DNA of 43,797 bases from Candidatus Bathyarchaeia archaeon (GTDB lineage: Archaea; Thermoproteota; Bathyarchaeia; Bathyarchaeales; Bathycorpusculaceae), in assembly GCA_049512075.1 (NCBI GenBank), contig JBEKXL010000020.1, forward strand, positions 1-43,797. Reading direction: 5' to 3'. The notes under the pieces are model-generated. The model did no database searches. It saw nothing but the letters and a program-made list of their open reading frames with translations, and was not told the origin of the DNA. This document shows, piece after piece, positions 25,537-36,403 of the stretch. The number at the start of each line of letters is the position of its first letter. The first letter of the stretch is position 1. A program made the position numbers and the translations under genes.

Positions 25537-26466
25537 GTGACGAAAACGCTTGTCACAAACAAGGATTTGCTCGTGCCAGCTAGGCGAGAAGCGTATGCCG
25601 TCGCCGCTTTCAACATATACAATCTAGAGAGCCTGCTAGCTGTTTCCGAGGCTGCGGTTGAAGAAAAATCTCCTGCAATAGTTGCTGTCACGCCTAGCGC
25701 CATAAAATATGGCGGTTTGCCGTATCTGACAAGCATTGCCAAAACGGCAGCAGAATCCTTGCCGGTTCCGATGTCGTTGCATTTTGACCATGGAAAAAAC
25801 CTTGACACGATTTCCAAATGCGTCACAGCAGGTTTTACGTCCGTCATGATCGATGGATCCCACTTGAAGTTTGAAGAAAACATCTGGTTAACCAAGCAGG
25901 TGGTTGACCTAGCTCGTTCGAAAAGAGTTTCCGTCGAAGCAGAGCTCGGAAGATTAGCGGGCGTTGGGGAAGAGAAGACTATTGAAGATGAAGACGCTGT
26001 CTTCACCGATCCCGACAACGTTGAAGAGTTCGTCAAGCGGACCAACGTGGACGCTCTTGCAGTCGCCGTTGGCACATCTCATGGGGCCTACAAGTTCAAG
26101 GCTGAGCCAAAACTCGACCTTGATAGATTGAAGTTGATCAGCGAGAAAGCTGCAATACCACTTGTTTTGCACGGTGCTTCAGGCGTTCCTAGGTGGATGA
26201 TCGAAAAAGCAGGCAAGTATGGAGCTCAGCTTGAAGGAGCAAAGGGAATTCCTGACAAGCACATTCAGAAAGCCATTTCTCTTGGAATTGCAAAGATAAA
26301 CATTGACACGGACCTGCGCTTAGCCTTCACCGCAACCATGAGGGAGGTTCTGACAGACTCGCCGAAAGAGGTTGACCCTCGAAAAATCTTGGGCCCTGCA
26401 AAAGACGCTATGAAAGAGGTTGTCAAAGGCAAAATGCGCCTGTTCCGAAGTTCAGGAAAAGCATAA
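25537..26466 (+). CDS. fba: Class II fructose-bisphosphate aldolase
   Basis: AFN, HFDHG, SVMIDGS, EAELG, GTSHGAYK, LVLHGASG and KINIDTD motifs. Confidence 0.95.
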   Translation: MTKTLVTNKDLLVPARREAYAVAAFNIYNLESLLAVSEAAVEEKSPAIVAVTPSAIKYGGLPYLTSIAKTAAESLPVPMSLHFDHGKNLDTISKCVTAGFTSVMIDGSHLKFEENIWLTKQVVDLARSKRVSVEAELGRLAGVGEEKTIEDEDAVFTDPDNVEEFVKRTNVDALAVAVGTSHGAYKFKAEPKLDLDRLKLISEKAAIPLVLHGASGVPRWMIEKAGKYGAQLEGAKGIPDKHIQKAISLGIAKINIDTDLRLAFTATMREVLTDSPKEVDPRKILGPAKDAMKEVVKGKMRLFRSSGKA

Positions 26467-26478
26467 GGAGAAAAACAA

Positions 26479-27507
26479 ATGAAGGTTGGAATTTTAAGTG
26501 GCGGCGGAGACGCTCCGGGAATCAACGCTGTCATAAGAGCAATAATGAGGAAGGGCATCCAAAACTATGGATACGAAATCCTCGGCATAAAAGACGGATG
26601 GGCCGGACTGCTAGAAGCCAAGTACCTGCCGCTAGACTTGAACGCCGCTTCGGGTCTTCTTCCACGAGGAGGTTCAATCTTGGGCACGTCTAGAACTAAC
26701 CCGTTCAAAACTAAAACTGGCCCCGAAAGAATGATGAAAAACGCGAAAGAAGCTGCGATCGAGGCAGTCATCGCCATCGGCGGCGATGACACTCTAAGCG
26801 TTGCTGGCAAGATGGGCAAATACGGACTCAAATGCGTGGGAGTGCCAAAGACAATCGACAATGACCTAGCTGGAACGGACTACACGTTTGGCTTCAACAC
26901 GGCAGTCTCAATAGCCACAGAAGCCTTAGACAGACTTCACACGACTGCGGAAACGCATCACAGGGTCATGATCCTGGAGGTCATGGGCAGATACACGGGG
27001 TGGATAGCCCTAGAGGCTGGGATAGCTGGAGGCGCAGACGTCGTGCTGATTCCTGAAAAACCCTTCGATATAGGCGAAGTCTGTGCACTGATAAAGCGGA
27101 GACAAGAGAGAGGCAGAAACTTCAGCATTGTAGTTGTTGCAGAAGGGGCCAAGCCGAAGGGCGGTGTTGAAATAGTCTACAGTGAAAGCCTCGACGAGTT
27201 CGGACACATCAAACTCGGCGGCATCGGCTACTACCTGGGAAAGGAGATTGAAAATCGTTTAAACGTTGAAACCCGCGTTGTTGTTCTAGGGCATCTTCAA
27301 CGAGGCGGCAGCCCAACAGCCTTTGACAGAGTGTTAGCTACAAGATTCGGAATAGCAGCCATAGACACGGTTCACGAAGAAAAATTCGGTCACATGACCG
27401 CCATAAAAGGAAACAGAATCGTTTCAGTGCCGCTCAAAAATGTTGTCGGCAAACGGAAAACGGTGGACCTAGAACTCTATGACATAGCGAGCGTGTTCTT
27501 CGGCTAA
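26479..27507 (+). CDS. pfkA: PfkA-family 6-phosphofructokinase, PPi-type signature
   Basis: GGDAPG, GGDDT, PKTIDND, EVMGR and GHLQRGG motifs. Confidence 0.93.
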   Translation: MKVGILSGGGDAPGINAVIRAIMRKGIQNYGYEILGIKDGWAGLLEAKYLPLDLNAASGLLPRGGSILGTSRTNPFKTKTGPERMMKNAKEAAIEAVIAIGGDDTLSVAGKMGKYGLKCVGVPKTIDNDLAGTDYTFGFNTAVSIATEALDRLHTTAETHHRVMILEVMGRYTGWIALEAGIAGGADVVLIPEKPFDIGEVCALIKRRQERGRNFSIVVVAEGAKPKGGVEIVYSESLDEFGHIKLGGIGYYLGKEIENRLNVETRVVVLGHLQRGGSPTAFDRVLATRFGIAAIDTVHEEKFGHMTAIKGNRIVSVPLKNVVGKRKTVDLELYDIASVFFG

Positions 27508-27527
27508 AACTCCATGCTGTCCTGATA

Positions 27528-28490
27528 TTAGCTTGCGAGCACATTGGCCAGATCCAGCAAGCTCAGATCAATAGGTTTCTCGGTCTCACATGACTTCTTT
27601 ATGTCAAGAGCCGCTATTCTGCCATTCAGCAGTCCCACTACGCTGTTGCCGCCAGCTTGAGAAAGTAGCTCGACTGCCTTGTCAGCAAACAGGCTCGCTA
27701 ACAAACGGCTCCTTGCCGTAGGGCTGCCCCCCCTCTGGGCATAGCCCAAAACGCTGAGCCTAACCTCCGTTCCAGCATCTTTCTCGATTTCCGCTCCCAG
27801 TTTTCGCGTGTCCCCAACACCCTCTGCTGCGACGATAATGCCAGACTTCTTTCCCTTAGCATTGTTCTCCTCCAACCTTCTGACAATCTTGCCTGTTTCA
27901 AACTTGACTTCTGGAACAAGAATTATCTCTGCTCCGACGGTCAGTCCCACTGTTGAAGCGAGAAAGCCTCTTGTCCGACCCATGACTTCAACTATAAAAA
28001 TCCTCTCATGCGAAATCGCAGTGTCCCTTATCTTGTCGATCTCGTCTACGGCAGTATTCACAGCTGTGTCGAAACCTATCGTTTCATCCGTCCCAAAAAC
28101 GTCATTGTCTATCGAAGCCGGAACCCCGACTATCAACGTGTTAGTCTGTTTGCTGAGCTCAAAAGCTCCCTTGAAAGAGCCGTTGCCTCCGATGACCACG
28201 AGCCCGTCAATGCTGTTCGAAGCAAGAGTCTTCGCAGCTTTTCCAACCCCCTCCTCCGATTCGAACTCCACACACCTTGAAGTATGGAGTATGGTTCCAC
28301 CCAACTGTATTATGCCTCCCACCGAACGGGGAGTCAGCTCCCTGAACGCGTTCGTTATCAGACCCTCCCAGCCCCTCTCAAACCCATAAACTCGGTAATT
28401 CTTCGAATGGGCTATACGCGTGACAGCTCGAATAGCAGCGTTCATGCCCGGCGCGTCTCCGCCACTCGTGACCACGCCTATTCTTTTCAA
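27528..28490 (-). CDS. pfkA: PfkA-family 6-phosphofructokinase, ATP-type signature
   Basis: TSGGDAPGMNA, GGNGS, PASIDND, EVMGR and GYAQRGG motifs. Confidence 0.93.
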   Translation of the reverse strand: MKRIGVVTSGGDAPGMNAAIRAVTRIAHSKNYRVYGFERGWEGLITNAFRELTPRSVGGIIQLGGTILHTSRCVEFESEEGVGKAAKTLASNSIDGLVVIGGNGSFKGAFELSKQTNTLIVGVPASIDNDVFGTDETIGFDTAVNTAVDEIDKIRDTAISHERIFIVEVMGRTRGFLASTVGLTVGAEIILVPEVKFETGKIVRRLEENNAKGKKSGIIVAAEGVGDTRKLGAEIEKDAGTEVRLSVLGYAQRGGSPTARSRLLASLFADKAVELLSQAGGNSVVGLLNGRIAALDIKKSCETEKPIDLSLLDLANVLAS

Positions 28491-28701
28491 AGGAACTCCT
28501 CTTCAATCTCTAGACTTCTTGCCGCTTCGACTATTAGCGTTTGCTGTCGTCTGGTGCTAAGCCTCTCGCAGGCCAGAACAGTTCGAACAGCGTGCGTTGG
28601 GAAGGTTGAAGGAGATGAACATTGGGTTAGACGAACCCACTATCCTTATCATTAGCGGTGAGTGCTATTCTACTAAATCTAGAAATTCCAAGTGATTTGA
28701 A

Positions 28702-29187
28702 ATGAACACCAAGAACCGTCAATATGGGGTATGTGGCGTCTACTGTGGCCAATGCCCGAGTGGGAATGGAAGAGTGAAGATGATGGCGGGGGAATTGAAG
28801 AGACTTGTGGATACGGCCCGCTACGATTGGGTCAGTTCTGTCGTCAAATCATTCAAGTTTGAAGAGTTCAGAAAAGGCTTAGAATGGTTTGCCGATGCCC
28901 AGTGTCCCATGTGCCTGAACGGTGGAGGCGCACCCTGCGAGAACAGAGGATGCGCATCTGAAAAGAAGCTGGAAAGCTGCCTCCTGTGCGATGATTTTCT
29001 GACCTGCAAGAACACGGAATATCAAAGAGAATGGTATCCTTTCGTTGTCGAGAACCACAACCGTGTCAAAGAAGTGGGATTCGAAAAGTATCTCGAAGAA
29101 GAAGAGGAAAGGGCGAAGGCAGGCGTGGGCTTGATGAGTCATTTGGAACGAAGATGCTGCAAAGTCGTGAAATTAGACAACACGTAG
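28702..29187 (+). CDS. DUF3795-like Cys-rich protein
   Basis: CGVYCGQC, CPMC, C...GC, and CLLCDDF.C. Confidence 0.8.
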   Translation: MNTKNRQYGVCGVYCGQCPSGNGRVKMMAGELKRLVDTARYDWVSSVVKSFKFEEFRKGLEWFADAQCPMCLNGGGAPCENRGCASEKKLESCLLCDDFLTCKNTEYQREWYPFVVENHNRVKEVGFEKYLEEEEERAKAGVGLMSHLERRCCKVVKLDNT

Positions 29188-29394
29188 AGTCTTCGAGATA
29201 AGTCGCGCCCCGTTTAAGCCCAAGTGTTGCTGGGGAGAAAGACAGGGTTTAAGCCTTGAGAATGGAATGTTTGCCTTGCAGTGTATGGACAGAAACCTTT
29301 AAGTCCGTCACGGGCTTTATATCGGTGATAATTGGAAATTTACATTTTCAATTTCAGTCCAAATCTAACAGAGGTGAACACGTTCCAAAAAAGA

Positions 29395-29625
29395 ATGTTT
29401 GAGATTAAATGCACTGATTGTGGCAAGACTGCCATGGTGCCTTTCAAGCCTACGGAGGGCAAACCAGTTTATTGCAGCGCGTGTTTCTCGAAACGCACGC
29501 TTAAACCAAGAGAGAGCGGAGACTTACGCTTCAGTTTTGACCAGAAACAGGCATGGGCCCGACGAGGAGACAACTATCAAGGAAGAAAGGAAGAAGCGCC
29601 CGCAAACGTTTTCCAACGGTCCTAG
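29395..29625 (+). CDS. CxxC-x17-CxxC Zn-ribbon protein
   Basis: CTDCGK...VPFKP.EGKPVYCSACF. Confidence 0.88.
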   Translation: MFEIKCTDCGKTAMVPFKPTEGKPVYCSACFSKRTLKPRESGDLRFSFDQKQAWARRGDNYQGRKEEAPANVFQRS

Positions 29626-29749
29626 TGTCGTTCATAACGAAGCAAGTTCACGAACGACTACCCATCCCGTTGATACTTCATAGCGTACGCTAAAGCTCCA
29701 TCTACTTTCACAGGCCGATTTGTCACAACCGAAAAAGATTATCGATGAG

Positions 29750-30289
29750 TCAGAACGTTCTAGCCAAGTTTTCTGCGTTTTCCTTTATCTTAGACAGGTC
29801 TTCTTCGTTGGGTTTTCCCATGACGTCACCCATCTTGCCCTTTGTGCTCCCCTCCGTCCACCCATGAAACTCGCTCAGGATATACCATTCATCAATGACT
29901 GTGAAACCAAGATGTTCCAAGAATTGCCCAATGTACTTGCCAACTGGTGTAGCCTCGTTGATCCCGGTGTGAGGGCCAGAATATGTGCAAAAAATCAGTG
30001 CATTCTTGCCTGGAATCTTCGGGGCGCATAGATTGACCTTGCCTTGCTTTCGATAGTTGTTTATTTTCATTTTCAGCAGGTCTTCCATCGGTTTCGGAGG
30101 ATGCCACTCGTAAGAAGGAGAACCGATACAGACGAGGTCGTAGTCGAAGAAGTCTACGTCCGCAGCCTCTTCAGCCGTATTTGCAGAGACCTTGACGCCT
30201 GCTCTTTCAAGTCCCTCTTTGATTGCCAATGCCACCTTCTCTGTATTCCCTGTTTTGGACCAATATATCATCACAGCCGTCTTCATCAA
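29750..30289 (-). CDS. Flavodoxin family protein
   Basis: YWSKTGNTEKVA, IGSPSY and FCTYSG motifs. Confidence 0.9.
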   Translation of the reverse strand: MMKTAVMIYWSKTGNTEKVALAIKEGLERAGVKVSANTAEEAADVDFFDYDLVCIGSPSYEWHPPKPMEDLLKMKINNYRKQGKVNLCAPKIPGKNALIFCTYSGPHTGINEATPVGKYIGQFLEHLGFTVIDEWYILSEFHGWTEGSTKGKMGDVMGKPNEEDLSKIKENAENLARTF

Positions 30290-30492
30290 ACTTCACAATT
30301 CTGGGTTATTGTCCCTACTGTCTTTATAATGTTGTAACGGTAACCTAACAAGAATTCGCTTCCCAGACTTGCGTGAAAACGTTTCTCCTAACTAACTTAT
30401 GGGCCTTATGAATCCAGCTTAAAACCTCGTCGCGGAGCACGATAGCACACACAAGAGTAAAGTTTTATAGCGTTGAGTATTGAGACATTGTT

Positions 30493-30810
30493 GGCGGTGG
30501 GCCTTAGGCGGGGGGGTAGGGGTCCCCTGTACCGTAAACCCTCTATATGACGGGCCGAAAGCTCAGGTTGAGGCGTTTAAGGCTGCTTGGGCCTTCACTT
30601 CCGAAGCGAAGACTATCCGTCCCTTGGGGCTGGCGGTCGTTGAGCGGTTTCCGTAGGGAAGCCGTCTTCAATGTTGACCAGGTGAATCTGGCCAGGCCCG
30701 GGAGGGAGCAACCTAAGTCTGGACGTTCAGCGCTCAAGGGGATGCGGGTACGAGTGTAGGGTTTGAGTGTCCGGTAGATTCTGGACGTCGAACCTCTGTG
30801 GCCCACCGCC
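30493..30810 (+). ncRNA. ffs: Archaeal signal recognition particle (7S) RNA
   Basis: Closing helix GGCGGTGGGCC/GGCCCACCGCC and helix 8 CAGGCCCGGGAGGGAGCA. TTTTATA box ~24 nt upstream and T-tract downstream. Confidence 0.95.
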
Positions 30811-30935
30811 TTTTTTAGACATCAACGCGTGCTTGAAGAAGTCCGCTCAGATGGAATCAATGACAGTCATGTAAAAGAGGCTTTCAGAAAACGATAAATG
30901 CCATTGGAGTCTATTCTGATGTTGGAAGTCTGGGC

Positions 30936-31973
30936 ATGACCTTCAACGAAGTTCGTAAAGATTATCTCCTCGATCGCTGGGTCGTAATTGCCACTGAACG
31001 AGGCCGCAGACCAACAGATTTTGCAAAACAGGAGAGACAGAAGGCCAAGACCGCAGTATGTCCAATGTGCCCAGGCAACGAGCACATGACGCCGCCGGCA
31101 GTTCTGGTCTACCTCAAATCAGGCAATGGAATCAGGAAAACCAAGGATGAAGATGATTCCAGACACAAAAACTGGTTAATCCGCGTCATCCCCAACCTAT
31201 ATCCCGCTTTCTCACCGCCGAAAGAAAGAATCAGCCCAAAACAAATAATGAAAAACGAAAACCTGGCCGCAGCCGTAGGCCATCACGAAGTACTCGTTGA
31301 ATCACCAAACCATGATGAAGGCCCAGCAAACGCGCCCTTGCCGCAAGTTGTTCACGTGGTCAACGGCTACATCGACAGACTTCGAGACATATCCACCAAA
31401 CCCTACGTGCAGTACGTCTCTATTTTTCGCAACCACGGCTTGGAGGCCGGAGCCTCGCTCTCGCACGCCCACAGCCAGATAATTGCCACGCCGTTTGTTC
31501 CAAAAACCGTGAATGAAGAGATGGATGCTAGCAGAAAATTCTGGAGACAAAACAAAAAATGCGCCTTCTGCGGCATCATCGAAAAAGAACGCGGCGGGCC
31601 TAGATTTGTGCTTGAAAATTTGAAGTTCATCGTGTTTGCTCCTTACGCGAGCGTTAACCCGATGGAGTTCTGGATATTTCCTAGAAAACATGAAAGCTCT
31701 CTTCTGGAAATGTCTCAAGGCGAGGTGAAAATCTTCGCTGAAACGTTGAAAACGTGTCTAGGTCGATTGAAGACGTTGGTGAATGATCCGCCCTACAATT
31801 ACGGTTTTCACATGGCTTTGGACAAAGGGGCCCGCGACTATTATCATTGGCATCTGGAAGTCTATCCTAGGCTCGCCATCTGGGCTGGGTTCGAAAAAAG
31901 CACAGGTGTGTACATTAACACGATGACTCCTGAAACCGCGGCGGAAAGCATGGGGAAGAACGTCTCATCCTAG
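30936..31973 (+). CDS. galT: Galactose-1-phosphate uridylyltransferase family protein
   Basis: RGRRP, CPMCPGNE, PNLYPA, HEVLVESP, GASLSHAHSQ and HWHLE motifs. Confidence 0.92.
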   Translation: MTFNEVRKDYLLDRWVVIATERGRRPTDFAKQERQKAKTAVCPMCPGNEHMTPPAVLVYLKSGNGIRKTKDEDDSRHKNWLIRVIPNLYPAFSPPKERISPKQIMKNENLAAAVGHHEVLVESPNHDEGPANAPLPQVVHVVNGYIDRLRDISTKPYVQYVSIFRNHGLEAGASLSHAHSQIIATPFVPKTVNEEMDASRKFWRQNKKCAFCGIIEKERGGPRFVLENLKFIVFAPYASVNPMEFWIFPRKHESSLLEMSQGEVKIFAETLKTCLGRLKTLVNDPPYNYGFHMALDKGARDYYHWHLEVYPRLAIWAGFEKSTGVYINTMTPETAAESMGKNVSS

Positions 31974-34049
31974 CCCTTGCAAAACTTCACTTTCGTATCT
32001 TGGCCTAACCTGCATGACATCTTCCACGTAGGCCCTAAGGGGTTCTGCCACGCTCCAGGCTTGGGATATGCATCCTCTGGAAGTGTGCGGTGGATCCCCG
32101 TCGAAGACTTCACTCAGGGTCCCAAGTCCACCCTCGAGGACTTTTTCAGCCAACAATGGCGTGAGGAAATTCTTCAGCGTATATTCGCGTCCCGACTCCA
32201 CGTAACCCGTGGTTTTTAGAAATGCCGTGATGAACGGCCCTAGCAACCAAGGCCAAACGGTGCCATTATGGTAAGCGTTGTCTCTGCTTCTTCGGTCACC
32301 AGCGTAGACTCCGACGTATCTTGAGTCATCCCTTCCAAGAGTCCTCAGACCGTAGGGCGTCCAGAGCTCACGTTGCACCAAATCCACGACCTTCTGGTTT
32401 CGAGCATCGTCCAGCATGTTGAAATCCAACGCTACTGCAAGAATTTGATTCGGCCTCAACGAATCATCGGGTTCCTGTCCGCCTTCGACATCATACAAGC
32501 AACCTTTTCTTACATTCCAGAACTTTTCGGCGAAGCTCTTTCTCGTTTTTTCAGCCATCTGAGCGCACGTTTCTGCCTCATTTCTTTCATTGAATTTTCC
32601 AGCCAGCAACTGCGCGGTTCTCAAAGTGTTGTACCACAAAGCCTGAACTTCAACTGCCTTTCCCGCCCTCGGAGTCACTGGTTTACCTTCACAGGTCGCG
32701 TCCATCCAAGTCAACTGCGGACCATGAGAAAGCAGACCGTCCTCGTCCACATGTATGTTGAAGGCGGTTCCTCTCACGTGATTTTCAACGATTGACTTCA
32801 GCGTTTCCCAGAGTTGCTCCCTGACGAATTTGAAGTCACCCGTGTACTTCAGATACTGCAAAACCGCGTTCACGAACCACAGGGTAGCATCAACAGTGTT
32901 GTAAGCTGGTTGTTCAGTCCGATCTGGAAGAAAATTCGGCATCAAACCCTGCTTGCAGTACTTCTTAAAGCTTAGGAAGATCCTTCTCGCGTACTCAAAT
33001 CTTCCAGGAACAAGCACCAAGCCTGGAAGAGAAATGAACGTGTCCCTTCCCCAAGCTTCAAACCAGTGGTAACCGGCGATCACAACTTTCTGATCTGCCG
33101 TTCCGCTCTGAACCATGAAAGTGTCCGTCGCCAAGACAAGCCAGTCTAACCAGCTGTTTGAAGGAAGAGTTCTGTGCGTTCCATAGAAACCTATCAAGAG
33201 ATTCTCACAGCGACTCATTTCCGCTTCATACAGTGCCTTCACGTCACCAGTTGTCGAAGGCAACTGAGCCAAAACCTCTCTCGCACTTTCCTCATCTTCA
33301 CCTGCAACCGCGGCTATGGCAAAATCCTTGCTCTCCCCAGCCTTCACACTTGATTCAAAGTATCCAGGTTGATAACAGTCGTCAAAGCAGCTTTCACCAC
33401 GATGAGCTTCCTCTCGCAGGTAAATGCGTTCAACCCATTTTCCCCTTGCAAGGTAATGCCCTTCCGTGGTATTCATTATTAGGACAGGTTGGGGGGGCTT
33501 CAGGCTCATTTCCACTCTGGCGCCATCTTGTTTTTGGACGAAATCCGCTGGCGATTTCGATCTGTCGGTTACAGAATGAAAGTGCCTTCCGTTTACGATT
33601 GGGAAAACTTGAACCTTGACGTCAAAACTGTTGCTGTTCAGGACACGGTAAAGTGTTATGGCAGCGTTTTTTCCATAAGGCGTGAATATTGTTTTTTGAA
33701 CTTCAACGTTAGGCAATGCATAGACGTATTTTGGAAATGGTGAAACCGAGAATTCCTCGAGAAAGCTGTATCCCCGCGGGAAGAATCCGCCTTGAAACTC
33801 GTTCGCCCCAAGTCTGTAAACGTCATTTCCTACGCTCACGTCTTCATCAAGCTTCGTGAGGAAAACTCTGCGATCTTTTGGCGGATGCAAGGCCGCAACG
33901 AGCAGTCCGTGGTATTTTCTCGTGTTTATGCCCAGAACCGTGGAAGAGGCATAGCCTCCTAAACCGTTTGTTACTAGCCACTCTTTCTGAATTGCAACGT
34001 CGAAACGGGAAAGTGTTTCCCGATTAAGGCTGATTGAAGGCAAGTTCAT
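31965..34049 (-). CDS. Amylo-alpha-1,6-glucosidase (glycogen debranching enzyme)
   Basis: EWLVTNGLGGYAS, AGYHWF..WGRDTFI, TWMDA, YHNGTVWPW and QAWSVAE motifs. Confidence 0.93.
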   Translation of the reverse strand: MNLPSISLNRETLSRFDVAIQKEWLVTNGLGGYASSTVLGINTRKYHGLLVAALHPPKDRRVFLTKLDEDVSVGNDVYRLGANEFQGGFFPRGYSFLEEFSVSPFPKYVYALPNVEVQKTIFTPYGKNAAITLYRVLNSNSFDVKVQVFPIVNGRHFHSVTDRSKSPADFVQKQDGARVEMSLKPPQPVLIMNTTEGHYLARGKWVERIYLREEAHRGESCFDDCYQPGYFESSVKAGESKDFAIAAVAGEDEESAREVLAQLPSTTGDVKALYEAEMSRCENLLIGFYGTHRTLPSNSWLDWLVLATDTFMVQSGTADQKVVIAGYHWFEAWGRDTFISLPGLVLVPGRFEYARRIFLSFKKYCKQGLMPNFLPDRTEQPAYNTVDATLWFVNAVLQYLKYTGDFKFVREQLWETLKSIVENHVRGTAFNIHVDEDGLLSHGPQLTWMDATCEGKPVTPRAGKAVEVQALWYNTLRTAQLLAGKFNERNEAETCAQMAEKTRKSFAEKFWNVRKGCLYDVEGGQEPDDSLRPNQILAVALDFNMLDDARNQKVVDLVQRELWTPYGLRTLGRDDSRYVGVYAGDRRSRDNAYHNGTVWPWLLGPFITAFLKTTGYVESGREYTLKNFLTPLLAEKVLEGGLGTLSEVFDGDPPHTSRGCISQAWSVAEPLRAYVEDVMQVRPRYESEVLQGLG

Positions 34050-34946
34050 TCACGGCATCAGCTTCGCAACGTTTTTTTCACGTGGAACACCGAAAAAGTT
34101 TGCGACCGGATTGCACTTGGTTCTGAAAAGCAGAACGTGAGGCTTCTTCAGCTTGTACTCTGTGAGAGTCTCAGCGTAACCCATGCCCTTCGCAAAGACC
34201 AAGTCCATGCAATCGTAGACTTCGCGAAACTCCGAGGAGACCTCGTCTAATGCCAGACCGACAGAATCTGTTCCCGTAGTAATCACTCTGTCCGCGACTT
34301 TGCACATGCCAGACACTTCTGCGTCTTCAAGAGTTGCATCATTTATTATCGGTCTGCCCTTAACGGCGACTGTCACGGTTAATCCCATGTTTTTCAGCTG
34401 ATCGACAAGCAAGGTGTCAAACACGATTTCCCCAGCATTGTCAGTGAGGTAAAGAACTGTATGCGCCTTCCTGGCTAATTCGTAGATGTTGCTCGTATCG
34501 TCTATGACTAGGTCTTTTGCAGCGTCCCTGAAATCTTTCTTCAGACTGCTAAACGTGAACCTGTGGCCTGGAATGTCAAATTCCATTATGTTGCCGACTA
34601 TGGCGCACAAACAGGCTCTTTTGAACCTGTCCTGAAGCGTGTAACCTTCTTCAACGAGTTTTCTCGCATAAGGCAGAAGCTTCAAGGCTTTCTCGTTGCT
34701 GATCCTCTTGCTTCTCTTGTACGGGTCGGCATTGCCCGTTACCCATCGTATCACCACGTCTCTTCTTGTTCCTAAATCCGCCGGAACGGCAGTGGGTTTA
34801 AACTCTTTTGTCAGCAGCCTCAGAAGATCGTTCATAGCCCTGAAACGTAAAGCAGGGTTGGTCGTAGCCTCCTTGACTTCAGCTGCTCCCCTGCTGATTA
34901 TGCAAGCCGCACATTCAGCTTCAACCTTCAAAGCTACCAGACTCAC
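34050..34946 (-). CDS. DUF89/ARMT1-like damage-control phosphatase
   Basis: N-terminal CxxC, DNAGEIVFD, INDAT and KGMGYAETL motifs. Confidence 0.9.
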   Translation of the reverse strand: MSLVALKVEAECAACIISRGAAEVKEATTNPALRFRAMNDLLRLLTKEFKPTAVPADLGTRRDVVIRWVTGNADPYKRSKRISNEKALKLLPYARKLVEEGYTLQDRFKRACLCAIVGNIMEFDIPGHRFTFSSLKKDFRDAAKDLVIDDTSNIYELARKAHTVLYLTDNAGEIVFDTLLVDQLKNMGLTVTVAVKGRPIINDATLEDAEVSGMCKVADRVITTGTDSVGLALDEVSSEFREVYDCMDLVFAKGMGYAETLTEYKLKKPHVLLFRTKCNPVANFFGVPREKNVAKLMP

Positions 34947-34949
34947 CTG

Positions 34950-35708
<759 letters not shown>

Positions 35709-35721
35709 TCAAGTGTCGGCT

Positions 35722-36285
35722 TTAGTGTTTCACCATGTTTTTTCCAGGCACGAACACCGCCGCTGCGATTGCGGTTGTCCACAGACCACTCTTGTCTCCT
35801 GTTGCAGACTGGGTCACGTTTGCCGTCTTGATCATCATTCCGCTGGTTTTGAACAACTGTTCCTTCTCGTGCCAGGCGATTTCAGGATCAAACTGGATTC
35901 CCATGGTTGTGGCAAGCATTGTTGCGGCCAAATCTTCAGAGTAGTCTCCTGCCTTGTCATCGGTCTGTCCAAAAGAGTGATGCTCGGAAAGGTAACCGTA
36001 GTCTTCCTTGCCTGAGGGGATTGCGACTCCTATTGACGCGGCGATGAGTCTGTGCGGTTCGTTCGTTGAATTCCTAGCGAGGACGACGAAGGTGATTTCT
36101 CCAGGCTTTATCAGGTTAAGGCCTTGTTCTTTTGGGATGAGTTTGCAGCCTGGCGGAACTATGCTTGAAACGCTTACTATGTTGCAATGCTGTATGCCTG
36201 CATCTCTTAAGGCCAACTCGAAAGATTGAAGCTGTTCCTTGTGCTTTCCAACGCCGTTTGTCAGAAAGAAATACTTTGGTATCAT
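35722..36285 (-). CDS. pdaD: Pyruvoyl-dependent arginine decarboxylase
   Basis: [18 protein letters not shown] (S-S cleavage site) and YGYLSEH. Start at MIPKYFF. Confidence 0.92.
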   Translation of the reverse strand: MIPKYFFLTNGVGKHKEQLQSFELALRDAGIQHCNIVSVSSIVPPGCKLIPKEQGLNLIKPGEITFVVLARNSTNEPHRLIAASIGVAIPSGKEDYGYLSEHHSFGQTDDKAGDYSEDLAATMLATTMGIQFDPEIAWHEKEQLFKTSGMMIKTANVTQSATGDKSGLWTTAIAAAVFVPGKNMVKH

Positions 36286-36403
36286 TTCGCGAATAGGTAA
36301 CATTGATGTGCTTATTAGTCTTTTGTTTTCATGAAGCATTAACCGACAAATAAGGGAAAAGAATAACAAAGCTTGATGCCTTAATCACTGCGAGGACGGG
36401 CAA

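Noticed and set aside
30543-30806. ORFs on both strands
   Set aside because: They lie inside the SRP RNA.
36286-36403. oriC next to cdc6
   Set aside because: The intergenic region is short and I see no ORB-like TTCCAxxGGAA/G-string repeats.
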